From positions 1,116,001-1,180,000 of the forward strand of contig OZ037836.1 in the NCBI GenBank assembly GCA_964035575.1: a DNA stretch of 64,000 bases, given 5' to 3'. The position numbers were made by a program, and so were the translations under genes. Of the stretch, positions 1-12,041 are shown piece by piece; position 1 is the stretch's first letter; each line of letters opens with the position of its first letter. Source of the DNA: Rhynchopus sp. YZ270_cl-10. Lineage: Eukaryota. Below the pieces are notes generated by a model. The model did no database searches. It had not been told where the DNA came from and saw only the letters and a list, made by a program, of their open reading frames with translations.

Positions 1-460
1 ACCTTTTCGCGGAGCGCAAAAAAAAATTTTTTTTTTACCCCTTTTCGGACATATCTTTACGGTTTTGGGGGGGAAGAATTCATGGAAATAAGCGAAAACC
101 CTGGACCCCTTCCCGGAGGGAAAATTTTTTTTCGCTTTTTTTTTTTTTTTTTCCGCTGGTTCACTTTTTTCCCCCCTCCCCCAAAGTTAGCATTAGGCCT
201 GAATTGTCTTTGCCAAAAAAAAATGTTTCGCGGTTTGAAACGTGGGGGGGGCAAAAAAAATTCACCCATATGCAATCAATAAATTGATAGTATATGGTGA
301 GGGATCAACAAAAATGGTCCCATCTTTCTAAAAAAGCAAAAAAGCAAAGACAATAGAAAGCTATCGCGAGGGGAAAGGGTGGGAGGTGGCTAAACAAGGT
401 TTTATGTGTGTGTGTGTTTTTTTTTGCCGAAAAAAAAGCATTTTTTGTTTTATTTTTAAT

Positions 461-978
461 GAGGTGATCCAGTCTCACGCTTTTTCACACATTTTCACTT
501 GGTTTCACACATTTTCACACATTTTCACATGGTTTCACACATTTTCACATGGTTTCACATATTTTCACTTGGTTTCACACATTTTCACATGGTTTCACGG
601 TGTGAAAAAGTGTGTACGAAAGTGAAAAAAAAACTGCTTCACGCACTCTGAGTGGATTCCTCCAGAAAAAAAACTTGGTGTTTTCACATGGTTTCACATG
701 TTTTCACTTGGTTTCACACATTTTCACTTGGTTTCACATATTTTCACATGGTTTCACATGTTTTCACTTGGTTTCACACATTTTCACTTGGTTTCACATA
801 TTTTCACTTGGTTTCACACATTTTCACACATTTTCACACATTTTCACACATTTTCACATGGTTTCACACATTTTCACTTGATTTCACACATTTTCACCTT
901 GGTTTCACACGTTTTCACTTGTTTTCACACGTTTTCACGGTGTGAAAAAGTGTGGAAAAGTGTGCGCTGGATCACCTC
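461..978. mobile_element. MITE with 12-bp TIRs and an internal 10-mer (TTTTCACACA-like) minisatellite
   Basis: GAGGTGATCCAG at 461 and CTGGATCACCTC ending at 978; second copy at 24073-24380; an empty-site-like sequence lies near 14480-14510. Confidence 0.8.
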
Positions 979-1654
979 ATTTAAAACAAAGCAAAAAAAA
1001 AAAAAAACACACACACAACAACAAAACAAAAAGACAAAGCCATTGCAGGGAGGCGAGGTGATGGGGTGGGTCAATGAAAACAGTGTTGAAATTTGACCTA
1101 ATGGGGGAAACAATACAAGCACCACTCGGATCCAGGTTTGGGGGGGTGTGAGGGCAGTGTCATTTCACTGGAGGGGAAAGGGGGGAAGAAGAAAGAAAAC
1201 TTGAAAGACGAATGTGCCTCTTGTGCATACACATCTGAAGAAAGTGTGAAATAGCACGGACACTAAGTGGGGTGGGTAAGGATGGGATGGGCAGGGGAAT
1301 GGGGTACAGAGAACAAAAAATATTTTTTTCTGATGTTTTGATTTTAGACTGCTATCATAATAGCAGTCGCGATGTTGAGAGGGTGTAAAGCGCAAAATTT
1401 AAGCGGTTATAGAAGTGGATCATATGCAATCAATAAATTGATAGTATATGGTGAGGGATCAACAAAAATGGTCCCATCTTTCTTTTTATGGCGTATGTTG
1501 TGCAAAACGTAGAAAAGAAAAGTAAAATGCTGGTAAAAGGGAAAAGGAAAAAAAAAAGAAAAAGAAAAAGAAAAGGTTCTAAGACGCACCCAAGCCTCGA
1601 TGATGTTTGCTTAGTCGCCACCTTCACAAGAGGTGATGGTCATGACCTCAAATA

Positions 1655-2675
1655 CAATGTGTCCCAGAATTAATGTCACCTGGCGACATTTTTGAAAAAA
1701 AAATGCAAAAGTGGACAAATTTCGTGACATTTTGACCTTGTGGTGAAGAAAAAGTGTGTAGGGGGTGAAATATTTACATTGCAAGTACCCTTTTTGGCAA
1801 AAAAGGGTCTACAACAAAAAAAAGTGAAGTGGATAGTGGATAGTGTACATGACTCTAGGACGCAGGCACGTAATGAAGTAAAAAACACATAGGCGTGCAC
1901 AAAATCAAGTAGCACATGTATTAATATTTTGTGTGCATCCCCTCGGACTGGCGAACTGCCTCTAGGCGTCGTGGCATTGACTCGATGTACCCTGCAACGA
2001 AGCTCGTGTCCATCTTTGACCATTCTTTGTTGATGATACGTTTAAGTGTCGCCACGTCTTTGGGCTCCCTTTCGTTGACTGCAGTCTGCAGCTTGGCCCA
2101 CAGGTTTTCAATAGGATTGAGGGGAGTTTCAGGGGAGTTTCCTGGCCAGTCTTCTTTGGGTAGGAACGAAAAAGGCTGTGTGGAGAGGAAGGCTTGAGTA
2201 GTGTTGGCAGTGTGACAGGGAGCCCTATCCTGCTGAAAGATGTAGCTCCTGTCAGGAAGGAGTTCTTTTATCTCTTTTATCTCTTTGAGGGCTTTCTGCA
2301 ACAGTGTCCGGTACTTCTCCGCATTGAGCGATCCCTCGAAGAAGTAGAGCTTAGTCTTACCGCTGGTCGTGATCCTTTTTGCCCACCCCATGCGTGAAGC
2401 TTCTGGGTAGACCTCACCTTATCAACGGGCGGAGGCGCTATGTGTTTTTTACTTCATTACGTGCCTGCGTCCTAGAGTCATTTACACTATCCACTATCCA
2501 CTTCACTTTTTTTTGTTGTAGACCCTTTTTTGCCAAAAAGGGTACTTGCAATGTAAATATTTCACCCCCTACACACTTTTTCTTCACCACAAGGTCAAAA
2601 TGTCACGAAATTTGTCCACTTTTGCATTTTTTTTTCAAAAATGTCGCCAGGTGACATTAATTCTGGGACACACTG
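1655..2675 (-). mobile_element. Defective Tc1/mariner (DD37E-type) element with ~240-bp inverted ends
   Basis: TA at 1653-1654 and 2676-2677; termini CA(A/G)TGTGTCCCAGAATTAATG resemble those of the 41922 element; contains a transposase fragment. Confidence 0.9.
1921..2430 (-). pseudogene. C-terminal fragment of a Tc1/mariner transposase
   Basis: FQQDRAPCH...WPGNSPETPLNPIENLW, homologous to 42054-43079; N-terminus missing; small insertions (KEIKEIKE, SPETP). Confidence 0.9.
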
Positions 2676-2749
2676 TATGCCTCCTTCTTGTTTCATATAC
2701 TAACTATTCTACTGAATAGAAGGTATAATAGGGTGCACTAAATGTACCT

Positions 2750-3670
2750 TTTCCCAACCTTCCTGTATACACGCGTCAGCAACCAATACAGGTAGTGTAT
2801 TGAAATGATTCTGGGGGGGGGTAAGGGGTCTAATTTTAATTTCGTCGATTTTGAGAAAAAATTTGGCCAAAAATGGGCCCCACGTATAAGGAACCGGGCT
2901 CATATTTCTCAAAATTTAAGTGGTCAAAAAATTGTCCAATTTTCCGAAATGACCCCACCGCTGCACGGGCGGAGCCCAAAAATGCAAATAAGCCACTTTT
3001 TGGTTTCATTGAAATGATACGGCTGACACTGAGGAATTATGGTTTACGGCGTCCCATTGAGGGGGCGAACCCTTTTTAATTTTTTGTTCTCTTGAAATGT
3101 GTAATTTCATGTTTTCGCGAAAAAAATACGAACTGATCCTACAAGGGTTGAAGGAAGGTGTGTGGAAAACAATAATAACAAGAACAACTAATTGCTAAGA
3201 AAAAAAAAATGGGGTGTGCTGTGGATAACTCCGCGCGATTTTCGAAACCACCATAGCATCCTGGCTATTTTCTGGAGGTGCTGATGTGACGATGCCTGGT
3301 GCGATCGACGACGTGTTGTCGTCTGTGCATTATGTGTTCCTTCGGCACTGCTCTGATGACGAAGACGATGCGTGGGAGCCTGTGGACGACTACGAGCTGG
3401 AACATGCCGAGCCCGCCCGAGCGAATGGTTATCGAGCCTGCCGAGACTACGTCCAATAACGCGATCGAGCAGATGGTGCTGGACGAAGAGGACAGCCCCA
3501 CTGTTTAAAAGTTTCAGATGCAGGCATCCCAGTGGGTCCAGCGTACGAAGAGCGTTTTAGCATACCTGCAGAAGAGCAGAATGCTGGCGTGTTGTAGATT
3601 ATATTTTTTTCAGAGTGGAGTTCTACAGCACACCCGGTTTTTTTTCCGATAGCAATTACTTGTTTTTTTT
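2750..3670. repeat. Dispersed ~0.9-kb repeat
   Basis: Near-identical to ~24910-25820; its first 250 bp is also tandemly duplicated at 24660-24909. Confidence 0.85.
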
Positions 3671-4659
3671 TTTTTTTTGGCATCGCGAGTTTTACAGTCG
3701 ATGGGAGTAACGACCGGCAGCCAAGCGTCGTCTGATCCCCCCTCTCGTGGTGAAAGACATTGTTTAATTTTATTTTTAAAATCAACAAATCGTCTAGGTA
3801 GGTTGTTGTATGTAAAGTGCCTCCCCACCGACAGGCTGTTGTGCAGCAAAGATAGAGGGGCAAAAATAGAAAAAAAAAAACGACTTCAGGATATGACAGT
3901 TAAATGAAATAAAGAAAATACTTTTTCGTTTATCGCACCGCAAAAGGTTTGTGTTTCTCACTGATGAATGTGAGTGATGTGTATGTAACTACTATGTTAG
4001 TGGAAAACCAATACGCTCAAGCGGGCACGCACCATCCGTCGTTTTCCATTTCTATTCGTCAATGCTTGATAACACAAAAAAAAAATTGTCGATGTTTTTT
4101 CCTCGTCGTCAAAGCTTTTTTTCGCGGTACTTCGTCTTCTCACGATCTTAGCATTTCGATCTTCTTTCAGACAACTCCCTTGAGGGAAATCCGAATCAAG
4201 TTTGGGTTTGAGCACAACAACAGATATTTTTTTTTTCCTTTTTGGGGGTGACACGACAAAGGAGCGAAGGGGGGTTTGAAAGTTTGTTTTGTTTTTGATA
4301 AATTGTTGGAGTAGTGTAGTTGCCTCGGTTGTGTTGCCACAGTTGTGCAATCTCCACTGTACTCCACTGTGTTTTTGTTTTTGCTACTCTGTTCGTTTTG
4401 TATTGTATTTCATTGTAGTACTGTGTAAGTAAAGAGTGAAGGGGGGGGGTTGTGGGGGTTGAAGTTAAGGCTTAACTTCGACACGTTGAGGTCCCTGTCG
4501 ATTGCCGAGCTTTTGAAGTTATGGTAAGAGCAAGACAGAGGGGAGATGGGTGTGTGGGGTAGTTGAGTTCTATCAAAAGAATTGGGTTAGAACGGGTTGA
4601 GAGCTGTTGAGTTGCGGGGTGTCTGAGAGATCTCTGGGGGTTGGAAGGTTGTTTTTTTG

Positions 4660-5490
4660 GTTTTTTGGTTTTGCTAATCTGTAATTTTTTTGTATAGTAT
4701 TTCACTGTAGTACTTTGTAAGTTGAGAGGTAAGTGCGCTTCTTTGTTGCGACTAACTCCTGTTAAAGCCTCACTACAAGGATAAAAAAAAAATGTTGTAA
4801 AAAAAGGAATATTTTTCAAAAAAGTGGATACCTGGGTGCACACGACGGTGAAGTAAATAACTTGACTTGTGCTTTCACCGTTGGTTTACAACGGTGAAAC
4901 CACAAAATAAAACTACACGACAAGTCATTTACTTCACCGTCGTGCAGACACCTCCAAGGCGTATGCAGCATGTATGTTGATAATACTATGATGTCAAAAG
5001 CTATTTTCACCCACACAGGAAAAGAATAAAAAAAAAAACGGAAATTGAAACCGCACTCCTACTTTTCCTTTTTTGTTTCCCCATCCCCCGAAAACAATGA
5101 AGCAATAAAAAACAATAAAGACAAAAGGGAGAGGTTGTGGTGAAACGCACACACCTCGACCTGTCGGTGAAATGTGGCTCTACTCCAACCCGCCCCAGAA
5201 TAGAAAAAAGGAAGGGAGGGGTACGGTGTTCAATTTCCTTTTTAGCATTGCATGGAATCAGAGAAAGGAACAAAGGGGGGAGGGTTTGTTAGTGGTACGT
5301 ACCTGCTAGATGAATGTAAATATGTAGACACCCAAAGTGGATGCAGATGTAAACCCCCTCCGGATGTTATTTGCTAAATTGTGAGTAAATGATAAAAGGT
5401 TTTACATTATTAAAACCGTTTTTTACAATAGAAATTAGTGAATAATAAGTGGGAGAGTAAATAATACCCGTGAAGTAAATCATAAGTGGA
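4660..5490. repeat. Dispersed repeat block
   Basis: Closely matches ~18000-18920; partial copy at ~28300-28530. Confidence 0.85.
4841..4944. mobile_element. Small MITE with CAC...GTG termini and a 2-bp TSD (CMC/EnSpm-like)
   Basis: TIR CACGACGGTGAAGTAAAT flanked by CA/CA; relatives at ~18257-18360, ~6394-6499, ~23344-23448 and ~40302-40478. Confidence 0.7.
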
Positions 5491-5523
5491 GGCAAATAAT
5501 ATCCATGGGGGTTTAATACAGTA

Positions 5524-5741
5524 CCGACCCTCCCCCGTGAAATTGTCCCCTGGGGGAAAAAGTGAGGGGGGGGCAACATCTCGTACGGCAAAAAGGGGGG
5601 ACAATTTCTCGTACTGTAGGGGGTGGCCGTTTTGGTGTGAAGAAGGGAGCAAAGGTTGTCCCCGCGACTCCCTTGAAATTGTCCGTGGCGGCAAAATACC
5701 GGTTTTTTTTGGGGGGGGACAATTTCACGGGGGAGGGTCGG
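5524..5741. mobile_element. TA-flanked MITE (pogo/Tc2-like CCG termini)
   Basis: TIR CCGACCCTCCCCCGTGAAATTGTCCCC and its reverse complement, with TA on both sides. Confidence 0.75.
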
Positions 5742-6154
5742 TACATTTTTTTTTTGTTGGGGAACCTATAGGGTCTGTACTCGATGTTGGCCGAAGCCTT
5801 TGTACTACGGAAGGAATAGAGCTTTTTTTTTTTGTAGTTTCGACAATCACCTGTCCGAGGACGGGTTCTGTGCACAAAGTCGCCCGAAGGCTAATGAATT
5901 TCAAAATTTCAAACAAAAACACAAAAATCCCTCTTTTTTTAGAAAAATTGTTGGAATAGTGTAGTTGCCACATGTGCAAGCTAAGAGAGCCGAAATAAAA
6001 AAATAAAAGGATACTAAAGGATAAAACAACAGCGGAGGGGGGGAGGAGGGATTTTGTTTTTGTTGGAAAATTGAAACCATACCCTACTTTCCTTTTTATG
6101 TTTTTCCCCCACCCCCACAAACAATAAAGCAATAAAAAACAATAAGGACAAGCT

Positions 6155-6870
6155 GACAAGCTGCGTTCAACGAAAAACACTCATTATCTTCCTGAATAAT
6201 GTTCTAAAGATTAGTTGGTGCTCAGTCGAAGTCCTTCAATTCTGCCTCACATTTTTTGTATGAGTGACATAGGAAATAACGTGTGTTTGGGAGAGGGTGA
6301 ACCCTTTCCCTTACTGTGCGGGGAGGGGGGAGGTGCTCATTGGCGGGGACCAATGAACTACAGATTTTTTTTGAAAGAAAGATGGAGTTGCCCACACGGT
6401 GAAAAGCAAATTGACTTGGCTTGTAGTTTTGCTTTTGTGGCTTTCGCCGTTGGCTAACGGTGAAACCAACAAAGAAAAACCACCATTTACTTCACCGTGA
6501 TAAGATACCTCCTGAAGTAAATATAAGGGAAACCTTGTAAGATGAACACGCCTCGAGTGTACACACGGTTGTCAGGTCCAGGTGGGAGAACAAAATTGGG
6601 TGTTCATTGAGTTATCCCACCATGGTGTGGGCAACTGCTTCTCTCCCAGTGGGTGAGCTTAGGCACACCCACCCGATTGTTGCTCTCCCAATTTGCTCTG
6701 ACACCTGGATCTGACAACTGTTGCATACCAGCTTTAAAACTAATAAAAGAGAAGTTGAAAGTGAAAGCGCTTCATCACAAAGAAAAGAATGCCCTGAAAA
6801 ATATACAGCGCGTGTGTTGCACCCACTCCACTGATACGGGACCAATGAAGTGCGGGAGGGAGGAGGAGGG
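6155..6870. repeat. Dispersed repeat block
   Basis: Near-identical to ~23102-23830; the match resumes at ~7070-7190 vs ~23870-23987. Confidence 0.85.
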
Positions 6871-7529
6871 TTTAGTTAGGGAGGGAGGAAGAGGAGGAGG
6901 AGGGGGGTTTAGTTATTGTTCTGTGTATTTTTTTTTTTTTTTTTTTTTTTTTGTTGTGTCGACAATCACCTGCTAATGCAGGATCTGTACTCAATGTCGC
7001 CTGAAGGCTACTGTACTTAAAATATATAGACGGAGGTCGTCCTCAACTCTCGAAAGTTTTTTTTTTTTTTCACATAAAAATTTGTTGTGATGTGGTTTTT
7101 GCATGAAAGCAAAAGAGAAGAAAGAATATTTCAGAGACAATCTTTTCTAATAGAAAACATGGCATAGAGGCGAAATAAGTATGCTTGCATCGAATACTTG
7201 GTTGTATTAGTGTAGCCACCCTAGAGTGTGCTCCACTATAGCTTTTTTTAAAAGAAAAAAGAAAAGAAAAGAATTGGGTGTTGCTCTACGAATCCATCTC
7301 AATGAGCACTCAACGAGAGAGAAAAGGGAACGAACAAAACACAACAGATGGTAGTGTTCCCTTTAACCCCTTTGCACCCTCGAGAGGGCTTTGAAAGAAT
7401 AACGTATTACAACGTAATGCAATCAATAAATTGATAGCATAGGAGGAGGAATCAATAAGATCAAGATATTATTTGCAATCGAAAGATGGAGTTTATCCAC
7501 TAACGTCATTTTAGAGAAAGGGGAGAGGA

Positions 7530-7990
7530 GGAGGAGGAGGAGGCAGGAGCTTTATAGCACACACGGCAGATTGGGCAGGATGACCACTAGTAGTGATACG
7601 AGTCCACATGGCTAGTGTTTTGCGACTCGGATACCGATATGGTTAGTTGGACAAGTAATATTTGGCGACCAAAAAAAAAAGTCGTCAATTACAAGAAAAA
7701 AACCCCAAAAATCCGCCATTTTTTTTTTTTTTTTTTTTTTGGTCGCCAAGTTTCCTGTCCAGCTGTAGTTGAGTTCGTGAGTAAGTCGTTGTGACTCACT
7801 GTATTCGTACAAAAAAGCATCGTAAAAAAGGTCGAACTTCCAGAAAAAAAATCCTGCAAAGGTAATGAACATTATTACGGTCGATATATATTTTTTTTTT
7901 TGTACGAATCCGAATCCGGTAATCAGTTCCCCTATGTGGTACCCCCCTGCCTCGTCTGTCGTGTAAGTATTTTTATTTTTGTGTGTGTTG
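7530..7990. repeat. Dispersed repeat block
   Basis: Near-identical to ~27825-28295. Confidence 0.85.
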
Positions 7991-8084
7991 GCGGAGAAGA
8001 AAACAGTTTCTGATAAAAAGGCTCCTGCGTCGGTTTTCTCTTTCACTAACCTACAGACGTCTACGTCATGCCAGAGATACACGG

Positions 8085-8183
8085 CCACCTGATTTTTACC
8101 CCGCGTAAAGGCGCGCGTACGGACGGTCCGTATATTCCTGTACGGACCTATACGGCCCTATCCGCGGGGTAAAAATCAGGCGG
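8085..8183. mobile_element. Minimal (~100-bp) member of the CCACCTGATTTT-TIR family
   Basis: CCACCTGATTTTTACCCCGCG ... CGCGGGGTAAAAATCAGGCGG; same termini as 15851-17856. Confidence 0.75.
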
Positions 8184-8757
8184 CACTATCGGATATTGCT
8201 TTTTTTACGCACACTACCTTTTTGTGAGCGGAAAGTGTCACGTCGTTCACCCAACCGTGCACCGCAACACCACCCAACAGGTGATTTTTAGTGTGTGTGG
8301 AAGCGTCAACGCATCAAACAACTACAAGAAGGAGGGTGAGGGAACGACAGAGTGACACTTTTGTTCATTTACTTTGTACAAAAAATGTTGAGTTGTTTCC
8401 TTCTTGTTGAGAGAGAAAGAGAAAGAGCGTATGAAAGAAAAGCGGCGTAAAAAGCACATATGGTGCTAGCAGTTGGAGAAGATGGGTTTGCGTGTTGTGC
8501 CAGTTCGAATCTTATCTGTGAGGAGTTAGTATAGATGCTTTTTTATAGAAAAAAGAAAATCGATATTGAGGTTTTGTGTGTGGGTTTTTTTCTAATGAAA
8601 ACAAGGTTCAACGAAATTGGAACACAATGTTTCTTGGACCATAATAGCATTTTTTTTTTTTTGGTGCGTTTTTTCTTCATTTTTTTAGTGTAGACTCGCA
8701 AAAAACCCCATAGTGCAGACACCACCCCCCTGATGAGCTTCTACTACATTTTTTTTT

Positions 8758-10057
8758 GGGAAAATGACTATAACACCCACGTTACTAATACCCATTTACG
8801 ATAATACCCACTGGGTATTATCGTAAACTTTTTGGGTATTAGTTTTGGGTATTACCCAGGTACGATGTGATTTAGCTGGCTACTCGCGCAAGGTATCAGA
8901 GGCGCTCGCACGCTGGTGAATGTGCAGACAAGGTATGGTTTCATTGACCCCAGAGAAAATACAATTTTCACTAAATATATGGGGGGTTTTTACACAACTT
9001 TTTGCATCCCTGTCTTACATCCTCAAATTCAGGGTAACCATTTTTCTTGACAATTAGCAATTAATCTTTCTCCAAGCGACATAACTTAATTACACCCACA
9101 TTTACACTCATCACAGGATCGCGAAATCTGAACTGCATCAGCGATTGCGCTTCTCCGTCTCCGACATTCTACAGCTCAACACACGAAGACCTGGGTGGGA
9201 ACATTTAGTCAGTCACTGCTATAGCCATTAACCCAGGGAGCATAGCTAGTGCAAGAAATTCGACTTTGGAAACCTTCCGGAAAGTCTGTCCTCTGCTTAC
9301 GGAGGACGAGGCACAAGAAAATATTGCGTTCCCCCAGAAAACCAGTGCACAATTCACACTCCTTGTGGGTGGTCTTGTTGCCTTTTCGTCATAGTAATTT
9401 TGGCCCAGGCATGTTCTTGAAGCATGACAATTTAGTGTGTATGGGGCAGGGTGTTGTTTTGTTCTGAATTCTCTTTGTTATAACATCTAAGTCAATCGCG
9501 GGTGGTGGTTTGTGTAGCGTGAGGCACTCTTTTTAGCAAACTTCCTGCGGCTGCTAAAGTGTTATTTCTTCGGATTTAACAACGTACAGCGTAACATAGT
9601 GGTTTCGCCTGGTCGACACAACCTTTGATAGATACGGGATAACCAACCCCCTTCGACCCCTCGTGGGTTCACTGAACAAGCCCTCGTGGTAGTTAAACGC
9701 GATTGACATTTACATTCCTAGAGATGAAAGAACAAGACAACACTTCTGTACCCGCGCATCAAAATTGTGGAAAACTTTGCACCCCAAACACCCTCAACAA
9801 CGCCCGCCAAAAGGCGCCCCTTGTTGCTGGGAGTTGGTTCTCATTGATACCTGCACAGCCCTGGGTACCTGGGTACCTGGGTACTACCCAACCTGGGTAA
9901 TACCCAAAAAGTTTACGATAATACCCAAAACTAATACCCAAAAAGTTTACGATAATACTCAAAAACTTTACGATAATACCCAAAAAGTTTACGATAATAC
10001 CCAGTGGGTATTATCGTAAATGGGTATTAGTAACGTGGGTGTTATGATAATTACCCC
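8758..10057. mobile_element. Non-autonomous Mutator-like (MULE) element with long repetitive TIRs and internal cargo
   Basis: GGG...CCCC termini in a T-run; inverted ends ATAACACCCACGTTACTAATACCCATTTACGATAATACCC; absent from the paralogous site at ~45560-45570. Confidence 0.8.
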
Positions 10058-10094
10058 TTTTTTTTCCCTTTTCTTTTCTCTTTTCGCTTCTTTT

Positions 10095-11693
10095 TTAGTT
10101 CGCGCATCCGATAAACAGCTTATCCGCAAACCCTGGGTCGATTTCACGCGCTACTTGGAAGAGAGCCTCACAGAGATCGTCATGCAGGTTCTCCTTGCAT
10201 TTGAGACTCCGCGTGAAGTATGTGTTCGGGCCGACGAAGGCAAGCCGCAGAAAGCTGACGTCATGCCTCATGATCTTCGATTTGAACGAAAACGACGTGA
10301 ATTTGTCAATGTAGTAATGGTCGCAGGAATGCATCACGGTGCTGGCCAGAAACGCGTTGGTCACCTCCGGTGTCCATCCGGGACGCAGCTTCTTGATGAT
10401 GACCCGCGAGGCCATGATGATGTTGTGTGCTGTAGAGTTTCTTGCGGCAAGATGGATGAATTTGTTTGCTGCCTCGTGGTCTGCGTGGCTTTGCCCGGTG
10501 GGGCGTGCACAGTGATGAATGGGAAGTCCTTGAGAGCCGTTGTGTGCCAGCATGTCAGCTATCACTGCAGCAGATCCCATTCCAATACCACCATAGGACC
10601 CAAACGCGGCAGCGTTGTTCATCCACTGTGTTATGTCGTTGCTTTCTTGCGCAAGGTCCCAGCGATCCGCAGGGTCGGTGGGGTTGATCAACTGCGCGGT
10701 TCCATTCGCCCACCAGTGGACATGAATGTGACCGTGGAACGAAATGATTGTGTTCGCAATGACAACTGCCTCCTCGATGTCGTCATCCTCCGGTCCAACA
10801 ACACGGTGCTCGCCAAGACCGTCCTCCATCAGAAGCGTCATGCCGAGAAACTCTTGTTTATCGTGGTCCAAATCGATGGTCACGTAGTTGATGTTAATCA
10901 CCGAGGTGTCTTGGAAGGGGAGACGCACATTTTCGAACCTCAAATGTCCCGTTTCAAAGTCCATCCAGGAGATCATGCAGGTGTTTACCATTGCTTGGTA
11001 CATCTCGCAGCGGGTAGTTCTTCTCTTCGGCGAGAACCGCCCGATGTGCGCATACCTCAAAAAGACGCGGAAAAAGATGTTCAAAGGGTACTCCACCCCA
11101 ATGGTCGCCTGGTTGTAGAGGTACGCGCCCAGCTGCATTCCGTAGTACGAAGCAGACCTGCGCATGGCATAGGTGATGTTCAACCCCTTCGGCACCCACC
11201 GTCTGTTCAGCATATCCTTCGCGAAGGTAGCGTCCGTTGTGTCCGGGGTTTTCCCCTGCAGTGTAACCTGGGTTGTCATGAAGGGCGCCTTCTCAAAAGG
11301 CTCGATTGGGACTGGTGTGAGATTGTTGTTCCAACAAAGAAGCAAAAACGCGCCCAAACGGTACATCGTGAGAAGCAGAGGAACGGAGAGGAATAGACGG
11401 CGGTACGATACCGTGGGGAAGGTGAGCAGCTTTTCGAGCCAAGGGAACGACCCGAAAAGGTTGCGGAAGTGTCCAGGGTATTCCCGGGGAAGCGCTGCAA
11501 GCTCGGCGCAGCCACAAAGCAGAAAGACAGTCTTCGCAAAATTCGTCATAATGCCACGCGGGTATGCGATGGCCACATCCTCGGACGTTGCACAAGCATA
11601 GGCAAAGGCGGGCAAATTCGGTCTCCACTGCATCCACACAAATGCACCAGCCCCTGCTGCGAAACCTACCCGATGGTCGAAGAAGTCCGACAT
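10095..11693 (-). CDS. 532-aa protein; putative divergent lipoxygenase-like non-heme metal enzyme (copy 1)
   Basis: Long ORF conserved in length with the paralog at 45597-47195; ATG follows a polypyrimidine tract; motifs HIHVHWWAN and TVMHSCDH. Function is inferred from motifs only. Confidence 0.8.
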   Translation of the reverse strand: MSDFFDHRVGFAAGAGAFVWMQWRPNLPAFAYACATSEDVAIAYPRGIMTNFAKTVFLLCGCAELAALPREYPGHFRNLFGSFPWLEKLLTFPTVSYRRLFLSVPLLLTMYRLGAFLLLCWNNNLTPVPIEPFEKAPFMTTQVTLQGKTPDTTDATFAKDMLNRRWVPKGLNITYAMRRSASYYGMQLGAYLYNQATIGVEYPLNIFFRVFLRYAHIGRFSPKRRTTRCEMYQAMVNTCMISWMDFETGHLRFENVRLPFQDTSVININYVTIDLDHDKQEFLGMTLLMEDGLGEHRVVGPEDDDIEEAVVIANTIISFHGHIHVHWWANGTAQLINPTDPADRWDLAQESNDITQWMNNAAAFGSYGGIGMGSAAVIADMLAHNGSQGLPIHHCARPTGQSHADHEAANKFIHLAARNSTAHNIIMASRVIIKKLRPGWTPEVTNAFLASTVMHSCDHYYIDKFTSFSFKSKIMRHDVSFLRLAFVGPNTYFTRSLKCKENLHDDLCEALFQVAREIDPGFADKLFIGCAN

Positions 11694-12041
11694 AGGAAAG
11701 GGGGGAAAGGAAAAAGGGAAAAAAAAGGAAAAAAAATAAAAAAAGGAGGAAATAAACTGGGTGTCAAGACAGCAACGCGCGGGGGGAGCGAAGAGTAGTG
11801 GGGGGGAAGAGGAGAAAAAGAAAAGAGTGTGTGTTTCGAGAGGGAAACAATGTGAAAAAGAAAAACAAATCTGCTGCGGGTGGGTGGAGAATGGTTGTGG
11901 GTGTGTTGAAAAAGTAGGTGTGGGTGGGTAGGGGCTTTGGGTTACGGTCAAGAATTTCCGAACCAGAGGACGCAAGCAGACATACTGCCAGAGACCCTCC
12001 ACCTCGGGGAGGTGCTGCCCTGCCACCAACACACCACGTCG

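Noticed and set aside
386..1096. His/Phe-rich ORFs
   Set aside because: Translations of the 10-mer minisatellite.
10020..11396. Long plus-strand ORFs antisense to the LOX-like genes (also 45648-47300)
   Set aside because: Shadow frames of GC-rich coding sequence; their ends are not conserved between paralogs.
11694..12032. N-terminal extension giving the 645-aa ORF
   Set aside because: It translates a polypyrimidine spacer, and the paralog has a stop in this frame.
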